IMG/VR virus record: IMGVR_UViG_3300030117_007041
Span: 1-45,953 of that record
Source of the DNA: a virus
Lineage: Duplodnaviria; Caudoviricetes
DNA length: 45,953 nucleotides
Reading direction: 5' to 3' (one strand)
This document shows, one piece after another, positions 1 through 9,500 of this stretch. Position 1 is the stretch's first letter; each line of letters begins with the position of its first letter. Made by a program: the position numbers and the translations under genes. The notes below the pieces were generated by a model. That model did not search any database. It saw nothing but the letters and a program-made list of their open reading frames with translations, and was not told the origin of the DNA.

Positions 1-270
1 TTGATTATCTAAATCATTTATTTCTTTGGTCATAGCGTCAAATTTTCTATCTAGCTTATCATCCGACTGATTCCATCTATTAATAAGCTTGATTACCATA
101 CCCTCCATGTTTTCAAGCGTTTCACTTTGACCTTTGTTTTCAACTTTTAAATTTTCTAATGTTTCTTGTTGCTTCGCTGATTTATTAGATAAAGAAACAA
201 CGAGATAAACAAACATAGCACCTACTACGCCTATCATTCCCGCTTCGCCATATATTTCCATAAAATCCAT
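1..270 (-). CDS. Membrane-anchored coiled-coil protein of the lysis region (holin/spanin-like), 5' part; runs off the window start
   Basis: Not in the ORF track. ATG at 270 overlaps the upstream stop (TAATG). Reads MDFMEIYGEAGMIGVVGAMFVYLVVSLSNKSAKQQETLENLK...KEINDLDNQ: one hydrophobic segment, then coiled coil, open to position 1. Confidence 0.7.
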   Translation of the reverse strand, partial: MDFMEIYGEAGMIGVVGAMFVYLVVSLSNKSAKQQETLENLKVENKGQSETLENMEGMVIKLINRWNQSDDKLDRKFDAMTKEINDLDNQ

Positions 271-566
271 TATTTTTTCTTCTTCTTACTTAGCTTTTGG
301 TACCATTTTAATTCTTCTTCCATCTCAGCAAATCTCTCTTGTTCTTCTACTATATGTTTTTCAACAAGTTCTGTAATTGTTTTATTAGCTTGTTCAAAAT
401 TTGTCTCAAGATTTTGTATACGAATTTCAATTTGCCAATAGCCATAGACCAGCATTCCAATAAGAACAGCGATTTGACCGAGCCATTTAAGGTTAATACT
501 AACAATGGCGTTATCATCAAGAACTGTAGCACGATAACTTCTGGCGGTATCAGGTTTTTCACTCAC
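270..566 (-). CDS. Single-TM coiled-coil protein (possible i-spanin/holin-associated)
   Basis: 98 aa; TM segment WLGQIAVLIGMLVYGYW followed by a coiled coil; coupled to both neighbours; lysis-region context. Confidence 0.6.
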   Translation of the reverse strand: MSEKPDTARSYRATVLDDNAIVSINLKWLGQIAVLIGMLVYGYWQIEIRIQNLETNFEQANKTITELVEKHIVEEQERFAEMEEELKWYQKLSKKKKK

Positions 567-661
567 TTAACCTCCCAGCCGCAAACCGACCAACCGGAAT
601 CACACCCTGTCAATATAAATATAATTAACAGTAATACTATAAGATGTGCTAATGCTTTCAT
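563..661 (-). CDS. 32-aa putative lipoprotein
   Basis: Not in the ORF track. MKALAHLIVLLLIIFILTG-CDSGWSVCGWEVK has a signal peptide and LTGC lipobox, fills the gap exactly and overlaps both neighbours (ATGA, GTGA). Confidence 0.7.
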   Translation of the reverse strand: MKALAHLIVLLLIIFILTGCDSGWSVCGWEVK

Positions 662-1200
662 TCTTCATTTTCTTTCCATTTGGATGACCCTGCAATGTAC
701 TCTTTGACTTCTTCATTCGTATAAACTGAAAATCCACTTAATGCCTCTACTGCCTTTAGTTCTGCTAATGTACAATCTGTCTTGATACATAACTCACTAC
801 CATCTGCTGACACTCTTTGTGCGAAATATAATGGATGCCTTTCTAGCATATCAGATAATTTTGCTGAATGGTCTGTGGTTACATCCACTTCTTGAGCGGT
901 ATAAGTATACTCTACCTCTTCTGTTGGTATACCATTCTCCATACAATGTTCGTCTATCTTTGTAAGTAGTTCTGCTTTAGTATCTGAAGAGCTATAGTCA
1001 ATAGAGTGAGTATCCATAAAACTTTTAATTTCTGTTTTGGTATTATCATCTGTAGGTAGGGTTACACTTTGTGTTTTCTTACCTGTCTTTTCCACATCCT
1101 TGTAAGTAAAAGTTTGCCAATCATACCTTGTTGTTATCTGTTTTGCCTTTGCAGTATCTGTGTTAGGCATAATGATATAGTGTGTGTATTGTCCTTCCAT
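658..1200 (-). CDS. Hypothetical virion/assembly protein with inserted HeH/LEM-like motif
   Basis: 180 aa; motif TKTEIKSFMDTHSIDYSSSDTKAELL resembles HeH/LEM; directly follows the fibre gene. Confidence 0.6.
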   Translation of the reverse strand: MEGQYTHYIIMPNTDTAKAKQITTRYDWQTFTYKDVEKTGKKTQSVTLPTDDNTKTEIKSFMDTHSIDYSSSDTKAELLTKIDEHCMENGIPTEEVEYTYTAQEVDVTTDHSAKLSDMLERHPLYFAQRVSADGSELCIKTDCTLAELKAVEALSGFSVYTNEEVKEYIAGSSKWKENEE

Positions 1201-1209
1201 AATTAGTTC

Positions 1210-4200
1210 CTATTGATGGGCTGATTTGCCATTGTTATAATTCTTTAATACCTCTGATGCTGATAAAACTTTATGATATATTCTAATTTCATCTATTAAA
1301 CCTTTTTTATAAGATGTATTATATCTGCCTATATGTAGGTCGGCTCCACCATTCACCATAGATACATAAGTTCCAGCATCGTCTAAAGTAACCGATTGAC
1401 TTACTCCATTGACATAAAGACTTATACCAGCATTTGCTGATGTACCACCTCTTCCGTCATAAGTAGCACATAAGTGAACCCATTGACCTTCGTAGGATGT
1501 TAATGCTGATGATGTGTATGCTCTTTCATAGGTAGAATCAACATCTTCATCATACAATTCTAATCCAAACTTATCCGATGAAAAAGTACCAAAGAAATAT
1601 TCGTAGTTCGTATTATATATACCCTTGCTAAATATAATAAAATCTGTAGCATCATCCATCTTTACCCACGCTTCAAAAGTAAGTGGTTTATCATCGGTAC
1701 CATCACCAAAACTCAACACCTCTGAATCTTGAATACTGACATACTCACCACTACCATGTAACCTTATTCCATTACTTATTGAGGTTGTATCTGATAGTAA
1801 GAATCCTTGATTATCTCTGCCACTTGTACTTCCTTCTGGGATGACTATACTTACTGGTGAGCCAGATGCAGTACCATCGTTGCCACCTCTGTATCTTTTT
1901 ATTGAAACATCATCAACATATACAGTTGTATTAGCACTTGATGTCCATATTCGAGCAGTAACAGATGTGCTTTGTGCAGTTTTTATATGCGTAATAGTAT
2001 GCCAAGTATTTAAGGCTTCATAACCAGTAGAACCACCAGTTCCTACATAGGTTTGACCATCATCAGAACCATTATCAAATATAATTCTTGCTCTACCCCC
2101 AGTTACATATACTTTTGCACTAAATTGATATTTTTTACCAGCAACAGTTGTTACAGCTTGGTCAATACCATTATTGCCAGAACTACCCATAAATATTTTT
2201 TGAGATGAGCCAGATTGTACTATTGTGGTTTCTTCACTTAATGTAGGACTACCAGTTGTTGTCCAACTTGTTGCCTGTCCACTACTAAAACTGCTGAAAT
2301 CTCCATTTGTAAGTAATTCACTTCCATAAACACCTAAAGGCGTTCTATCTGTCCAAGTAGCAATCCCATCATTCCGCCAGTATCCTTGTAAATCGCCAGA
2401 ATTATCGTAGTTACCAGAATCAGATGTTGGTAGTAAAGGTGTACCAGAACCATAGAGGGCAGTTACTGCATCGGCATCGAGAGCCACATCCCAGATAGCA
2501 ACTTCGTTGATAATCCCAGGAAAGTAATCGGTTGCCCAAGTACCAGATGCTCCACCAATATCTAAAGCAGTAGCATTATTAATACCACTTCCATCCGAGC
2601 CTGTAATATCTACAGTTGAACTTGATTTAACTCCATCAAGATAAGCACTGAATGTAGAACTTCTATCCCATACACCAACTATATGATGCCATTGACCATC
2701 ATCCCAACCAGTCATATCAATAGCACCAGCAGATTCAGAACCATCGTGAGTTACTTGATACCAATTATTACCTGTAGTTGGTCTAAAATACCACCCTGTG
2801 CTTCCATCGAATTTTTGTATTCCACCTACACTATCATCAGAAGCAGAACCTCTTTCCCATTTAAACCAACCAGACACGCTAAAATCACTCGTACCAAAAT
2901 CAAGAGTCGAATTATCTGAAACTGCCACATAATCATCGCTCCCATCAAATATCATCGGAGTATTAGAGCGTACTAAACTGGATTGATAGCCATCTGATTC
3001 ACCAGTTGCCCAAGTTGCTCCAGTAATGGTTCCGTGATTTCCATTGCCTGAACCATCATATACAGTAGAACCAGAACCTTCTTGCATTGGTAGGTCTAAC
3101 TTTAGATTAGATGAAGATACTCCAGTAGCAAGTTGTTGCTCTGGATTACTGTATAATTCCTGTATTTGAGATTGTGTAAGTGCAATATTGAATACTTTTA
3201 TATTAGAGATTGAACCATCAAAATATTCTCCCGGTGAAGAATCATAACTATTAGCACCAATACGGCAAAAATCAGCAACTGTAGAAAGAGTCTTACTATC
3301 TGTATGGTCAAGAACTCCATCGATATAAATAGAAACTGTAGAACCATCGTGAGTCGCACAAAGATGTCTCCATACACTTTGTCCTAAATTTGTAGTACCA
3401 CCGCTACTCCCACTTGCATAGTGTACTCTAATGCCAGAATTATCATTGTAAAATTCAAACGTTTCACTTGCTTCAGAGCCACCAGTTTCTCCAAATCCAA
3501 AGATACCTTCATTGCTACCAGTTGCTTGGTCTTGCTTAACCCAAAGCATCATAGTTCTTGCTGAATTTCCCGAAGGTATATCAGATACTCCACAAGATAC
3601 ATAATCATTACTACCATCAAAACTCAATGCCCTTCCAGAGTACACCTCGCCATAGTTCAATGGGTCTACTACCCCGTGAGGTGATGATGTGTAGCCTGTA
3701 GTGGTTGTGGCTCCATATACTATTCCAGCATTACCAGATACTTTTTTAACTGAAACATTATCCCATACTGAATTTGAACCAGCACCTTGCGATTCTTGAA
3801 TTGCAATCCATGTAGTAGTTGCTGTTGCTACGAATGATAATGCATTTGTTGCACCAGCAGTTACATAACTATAACCAGAACTTTTAACTTGAGAACCATT
3901 TTGAGAAGTTCCAGCAAGAAGTTTTATCCATGTAGTGCCAGATGAAGAAACTAAATCAACAGTAAATTGATAAGTTGCACCTACTTCAGTTGTAAAGTCT
4001 TGTGATGCATAAAGAGAAGATGATGAACCGCCTTGCAACATTTTTAATTGATTACTTACAAGAGATATACTTCCTCCACCACCACCAAGTGTCAAATCCC
4101 ATTCAGAACCAAGTGCTGAACTAAAATCTCCATTAACTATTAATTCATCACCTAATGTAGCATTTGTTTCATCGTAAACTACATCAGAACCAGTTTGAAC

Positions 4201-6063
4201 TCTTGCACCCAAGTCATACCAAGATACCAGATTGGTCTTTAGGTCTGATGACAAGCCAGAGTATTTCTCTGTAAACATCAACTCTTGTACTTGAGTCTGG
4301 GTTAATGCAGTTCCTTTATATATTGCTAAATTTGCCATTTTCATTGATGTATAATGCAGACTTGATACATAGCCACGACCAATTTCAATATCATAATTAG
4401 TATCTACATCATTTGAGTTTGATGCAGTTTTAACAAGGCTACCATCAACATAAATATTTGATGTTGAGCCACTTCTAACTGATGCAATGTGTTGCCATTT
4501 TCCTACTACCAATGTCCCATTTCCTGATTCTCCAGCACCCCATCCATTTGAGCCTATTACACCATTAGCATCTGAATAAATTCTCCAATCTCCAGAATTT
4601 GCCCCACCTTGATACGATTGAACAAAAACGTGATAATTGCTTAATGAATTTTGGTAAACCCAGAAAGAAACTGTTACATTGCCAGTACCAAAATCAAAAT
4701 CTGAATTACTTGAACTTCCCCCAATAGATATATAATCATCTGTACCATCAAACGAAGTAGAACCATCGGCTAATTGAACTGCCATCTTTGGAGCCGCCTT
4801 ATCTTGAATACGAGGCTTAAATGGTGATTCTCCAGAGTAGGAGTCAGAGTTTGTGGTTGCACCAATTATTGAGCCTTCGTTAGAACCTTGTTTGTCCTCT
4901 GCTTGAACTTCCTTAACTGATATACTATCAATATACCAATAGTTATTTTCATAACTACCACTTGCACCACCTATGGTAAAATATGAATAACTTGCATTTG
5001 CTGGTACATCTACCTCAAAGGCAACCCAACTATTAGTAGTTGATATTGTATATTTTAAAAATTGATTGTCTCCACTATTGTCGTAGCCAACTTTTAAAGA
5101 TGATATTGTTTGCCCACTTGGTAAATAAGCATATCCAGTTACTTTATGAGATTTGTTTGCAGTTAATGACACTCTTGAGTAATGTGTATCAGTAGCGGAA
5201 TTAGCAACTACTTTATACGAATATGTACCAGACTGTGCCTGTTCATTAGATTGCGATGAACTTGCCCTTATATCTGAAAGACCAGCCTTTGCACTTTCAT
5301 TATCTCCATTAGTAATTAACTCGCTACCTAAAGATGTACTATCTAAATCATACCAAGATACAAGGTTGGTTAGTTCTGTATCTTTTAATTCAGAGTAAGA
5401 ACCTCGCCAATAGATAGATTCGATTTCTGATGCGGATAAGGCTCTATTCCAGATGCCGACATTTGCGATACTACCATTTGCATATGAAGAATCCGACCTA
5501 CCGATATGAACATTCCCACCAAGATTTTCCATTGCTACATAAGTGCCATTATCTTGTGCAGTAGTTGCAACCAATGAACCATCAATGTATAATTTTAATC
5601 CACCATTGGCAGAAGTGCCACCAGTACCATCGTATGTTCCAGTTATGTGAGTCCATTTATTTTCGTAAGATGTAACAGTTGAATCAGTTACTATACGTTC
5701 ATAGGTATCAGCAACACTTTCATCCATAAGCATAAAGTATATTTTATCATCTCCACCAGAAACAATATTCCATTCTCCATCCGTATTGTAGACACCTTTT
5801 GATGCTATTGCAAACCCAGTCGCATCGTCCATCTTAACCCAAGCAGATATTGTAAAAGCAGAATCAGTTGAACTATCTCCAAACGATAGATTATTTGCAT
5901 CTGCTATAGATATATAATCATTAGTACCATCAAAGGATGTGCTACCATCTAATAGGAAGTCTGGAGTAGTATCGTAAAAACGAAAATATGCCTTTAAGCT
6001 ATCTTTAACATAGCTAAATACCTTTGCCGTTTGTCTGGCAAATGATAAACCTAGTCCTAGCAC
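1210..6063 (-). CDS. Large tail fibre/adhesin with five LamG (concanavalin A-like) domains and three carbohydrate-binding-like domains
   Basis: 1617 aa; repeated (S/I)FDGxxDY...(F/V)T(I/V)SxW...WxH...Y(I/V)DG...IG units, and ELIxNGD...DxVS(I/V)K units. Confidence 0.85.
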   Translation of the reverse strand: MLGLGLSFARQTAKVFSYVKDSLKAYFRFYDTTPDFLLDGSTSFDGTNDYISIADANNLSFGDSSTDSAFTISAWVKMDDATGFAIASKGVYNTDGEWNIVSGGDDKIYFMLMDESVADTYERIVTDSTVTSYENKWTHITGTYDGTGGTSANGGLKLYIDGSLVATTAQDNGTYVAMENLGGNVHIGRSDSSYANGSIANVGIWNRALSASEIESIYWRGSYSELKDTELTNLVSWYDLDSTSLGSELITNGDNESAKAGLSDIRASSSQSNEQAQSGTYSYKVVANSATDTHYSRVSLTANKSHKVTGYAYLPSGQTISSLKVGYDNSGDNQFLKYTISTTNSWVAFEVDVPANASYSYFTIGGASGSYENNYWYIDSISVKEVQAEDKQGSNEGSIIGATTNSDSYSGESPFKPRIQDKAAPKMAVQLADGSTSFDGTDDYISIGGSSSNSDFDFGTGNVTVSFWVYQNSLSNYHVFVQSYQGGANSGDWRIYSDANGVIGSNGWGAGESGNGTLVVGKWQHIASVRSGSTSNIYVDGSLVKTASNSNDVDTNYDIEIGRGYVSSLHYTSMKMANLAIYKGTALTQTQVQELMFTEKYSGLSSDLKTNLVSWYDLGARVQTGSDVVYDETNATLGDELIVNGDFSSALGSEWDLTLGGGGGSISLVSNQLKMLQGGSSSSLYASQDFTTEVGATYQFTVDLVSSSGTTWIKLLAGTSQNGSQVKSSGYSYVTAGATNALSFVATATTTWIAIQESQGAGSNSVWDNVSVKKVSGNAGIVYGATTTTGYTSSPHGVVDPLNYGEVYSGRALSFDGSNDYVSCGVSDIPSGNSARTMMLWVKQDQATGSNEGIFGFGETGGSEASETFEFYNDNSGIRVHYASGSSGGTTNLGQSVWRHLCATHDGSTVSIYIDGVLDHTDSKTLSTVADFCRIGANSYDSSPGEYFDGSISNIKVFNIALTQSQIQELYSNPEQQLATGVSSSNLKLDLPMQEGSGSTVYDGSGNGNHGTITGATWATGESDGYQSSLVRSNTPMIFDGSDDYVAVSDNSTLDFGTSDFSVSGWFKWERGSASDDSVGGIQKFDGSTGWYFRPTTGNNWYQVTHDGSESAGAIDMTGWDDGQWHHIVGVWDRSSTFSAYLDGVKSSSTVDITGSDGSGINNATALDIGGASGTWATDYFPGIINEVAIWDVALDADAVTALYGSGTPLLPTSDSGNYDNSGDLQGYWRNDGIATWTDRTPLGVYGSELLTNGDFSSFSSGQATSWTTTGSPTLSEETTIVQSGSSQKIFMGSSGNNGIDQAVTTVAGKKYQFSAKVYVTGGRARIIFDNGSDDGQTYVGTGGSTGYEALNTWHTITHIKTAQSTSVTARIWTSSANTTVYVDDVSIKRYRGGNDGTASGSPVSIVIPEGSTSGRDNQGFLLSDTTSISNGIRLHGSGEYVSIQDSEVLSFGDGTDDKPLTFEAWVKMDDATDFIIFSKGIYNTNYEYFFGTFSSDKFGLELYDEDVDSTYERAYTSSALTSYEGQWVHLCATYDGRGGTSANAGISLYVNGVSQSVTLDDAGTYVSMVNGGADLHIGRYNTSYKKGLIDEIRIYHKVLSASEVLKNYNNGKSAHQ

Positions 6064-6067
6064 GTTA

Positions 6068-6394
6068 CTATCCTAAGTAAGCTATACAAAGACCAGCGTT
6101 TACTGTGATTGCACTCCAATTTCCATATATGGTCACACCAGCAGGAAATACATCTGTATTAACTACAGAGTTTCCATGAGTAGATGTACCCGTACCAGTT
6201 ATTTTAGCATCAGACTGTGTCAGAGTAGTAAACGTAGTATCTTCTAGCATAGTTATAGCAACTACTGTATCAGTTCCTAAGCTAGCAACAGATTCTCCGT
6301 CATCTAAAACCGCTGAACCTACTTGACCTAGTCCTATGTTATTAGCAGCAACTACAGAAAATTTACTTGTACTTGGAAGGCTATAATTAGCCAT
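6068..6394 (-). CDS. Small beta-rich virion protein
   Basis: 108 aa ending FPAGVTIYGNWSAITVNAGLCIAYLG; AAGGAG RBS; lies just upstream of the fibre gene. Confidence 0.65.
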   Translation of the reverse strand: MANYSLPSTSKFSVVAANNIGLGQVGSAVLDDGESVASLGTDTVVAITMLEDTTFTTLTQSDAKITGTGTSTHGNSVVNTDVFPAGVTIYGNWSAITVNAGLCIAYLG

Positions 6395-6397
6395 AAT

Positions 6398-6452
6398 ATT
6401 CTCCTTGTTTTTTTGTGCGCCTTACCGCCCGAGAATGGCTGACATGGACGCA
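6398..6452 (-). promoter_or_regulatory. 5' leader hairpin / possible RBS-sequestering pseudoknot
   Basis: GC-rich imperfect hairpin at 6416-6452; its loop AUUCUC is complementary to GAGAAU overlapping the SD. Confidence 0.45.
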
Positions 6453-6517
6453 TCAATTATTAAATGTGCTAGAATATAAGAACGAATGAACCAATATTCT
6501 TATAGTAAAATTAAAAA

Positions 6518-9500
6518 TTACTGCTTTACTTCAATTTTTTTAAATATTTCTATAAGTTCCTCTTGCGTTGAATCCATAACAGATTCAACGGTTTTAATAC
6601 TTCCATCTTTCCACCTTCCAATTACCAAGGGACCATAATGTTTTTTATAAATTTCTGTTATTTTAATCTGTTTATCGCGCATTAATTCTTTATATTCTTC
6701 GGTCTCAACAAAAACCTCGCCTGTCATTTTTGATTTTTTTATTAATTTCTTTTCTTTTAAAGCGTACTCTTTTCCTAAAGCAGATAATTTAGCATTGGCT
6801 ATTTTTACAGCGCGTTGATAACCTTCGTCCGTAATTGGCTTAATAGTGTATGCGCTAAACCTTGATAAATCTTGCCCTAAAGTAGTTTCTGGTTTACCTA
6901 CCTGCGTAGTTCCTTCAATTAAATTTGCTATTGGTCCTCTTGGTCCAAATGTACTTGGCAATGACATATCCCATAAAAAGGTCATCAATGCTTCAGATTT
7001 TTCTGCTGGAGTTGATTGCGAGTTCCATAACTCGATATAGCCGCCATCTTGAGTTGGTATTGTGCCTGTATAGGCTGCTGCCATAGCAGTAAAAATAGGA
7101 GCTACGCCCATATTATTTCTTAATTGAGTTATATCCCCATTTATTGCATTTTCTCCAAATTCAACCCAAAACTCCCAAGGCAAACCATACTCCATGTTTG
7201 TTACTTGAACCCTGCCTTTACTATCTTTAAATGGTAAAACAAGTAAAGCTTTTGAGTTAGCCATTTCTGTACCCATAGCTACTTGCATTTCTCCAAATTC
7301 TTCTTCATTTATGTCAAGTTTATTTAGTGAATGATTGGTTGCCATTTGAGTTAAAAGATAAGGCATCAATACTGTCCAAGGTCTTTTAGTTGCTGCTTCT
7401 GTGGCGAGTGGTAATATTTTAGCTTGATATGTGATAAAAGGAACCCCAATAAAATGTTCTCTTAATCCACGAACAGCTGGACTTACTAAAGAATAGTCCA
7501 TAACCCATTTTTGCGCTTCTATTGTCGCTTCAGAATCTGACAAACCTTTATTTTTTCCATCTAAATATTTAACAAATTTATAAAATTCATCTATCTTAGA
7601 ATAAGCACCCGCTACTTTACCAAACCCATTTTTAATTGCCAAATTAATGTTGTTTGTTGTTTCAAATTCTTTTTCAACTGCACGCATTGTTTTTAATATT
7701 GACTGTATTTCCGCCTGTGACCATGTCCCGCCAAACACACCGCTTTTTCCTGCATTAATAAAGTCAGGATGATTTGTAGACATTTTATAAGCCGCATTAA
7801 ACATTGTTGTTGGTATATCTGAATAACTCATTCCAGACATAGAAAGTTGCCAAGGATTTGATAATACGTTTCTTAGTACCGTTGGGGGGTTAAATGCAAC
7901 CTTTCCTGTTTTCCACATTGCTGTTACATTTTTTTCTGCTTTAACAAGATTATCATACCAATTACGATATTCTGAACCTTCTGTAATTTGAAACATAGAA
8001 ACAATATCATCATGTATTGCTCTATTTACATAAGCACCAGAAAGTGGACCATACCCCTCATGAATTGGAACTTGTTTAAAATTTTCAGGAGCCTGACCCA
8101 TTGTTTCTGAAACTTCTAGCAATTTTGATTCTAATTTTTTTATATATTCTGTTATATATGCTTTTTGAGAATCTTCTGCCCTTGGTAACATTTGCCTGTA
8201 AACTGTAAGTTCGTGCTGCATTTGTCCAATGCTTAGCATTTTTCCATCTACTTCTGCTCTTGCAGGTTGAAAAACAAATCTCCCATCTTCTGCTAAAGAT
8301 TTAAAAAAATCATATTTAGCTATATCTCCAAACTCTCTTGTCAATCCAACTGTAATTGGAAGCTCGGGAGTCCTAATTTCACCTAATCTAGCTCTCATTT
8401 CAGGCGTCATTTCTTTTCTTACGTTATTATACACGCCAGACATTTTACTTCTACCGCCCAACTGCGGTCCTTTATCTAGCATATATCTTAAATATATTCT
8501 TGTTATGTATTGACCTTTTAAATCGTTGTATGCTTCTTCAGATAACAACCCTCTTTCTACTAGCCCCTTACCAGCTACATCAAACAGTCTTCTTGTCTTT
8601 TTGGTTATCCGTCTTAATTTAGGGTCTTTAATAGAGTTAATATCGGCTTCTCCGGTTAAGACAAGGTAACTTAATACACGTTCATTTTCTGTGTAATTTT
8701 TATATCCAGAGACCAATTCTTCTAAGCGCTTTGTTAAGTTCCACTGCGTTCCTAAAAACTGATACCTATACCCCAAATATGCATCTCGTTGTTCTTTTGG
8801 AATATCTGCTAAAGGATTAAATACCTTTCTAATTTCTTGAATTACGTTTTTAAGTCCATCTGCTCCCATGCTTTTTGTCATTGGTTTTTCTTTCATTGCT
8901 GTATATGCAATAGCAAGTTTTTCATCTGTCATCTCTTTACCAGACATAAAACTATATAAAGCATCTACTTCTTCATCTGTTAATGGTTTTCTAGCGTCTT
9001 TATATTGTTTTTTAGCGCGAAAATAATCAACTATAATGCTAATTCCCGGAAAAATATCTACTTTTGTTTTATCAAGACCAGTTAGGTCATATTTATTTTC
9101 TAAAGCATCAACTAATTCCTTTGCTTTTCTTATTGACGCTCTTTTTCTTTGTACGCTTTGAGATTTTGAAGTTTGACCTTCTTTTAAATCTTTTTTTATT
9201 TGATTGCGCATATTTTCAATGTTTTCTTTCAATAAAGAATATTCAGCTTCTTTTTCAATCGGCAATGGGTCTTTTACTACCTTGCCATCAGCATCTGCCC
9301 TTACAATAGCATCAATTAATTTTAATCGACTTAATTTTTTATCGTATACCCCAACTTTTTTTGCAACCCTAACCACTTCGTCATAGCTATATATATCCAT
9401 TTTCATTTTACCTTGGTTATCATAGGCTATTTTTAAACCATCTATAACTTTTGGTGGTTTTTGTGATTTAATTTCTGGGTTTTTATACGAATCAATTAAA

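Noticed and set aside
1210-6063. Diversity-generating retroelement acting on the fibre
   Set aside because: No reverse transcriptase and no template/variable repeat pair differing only at adenines was seen.
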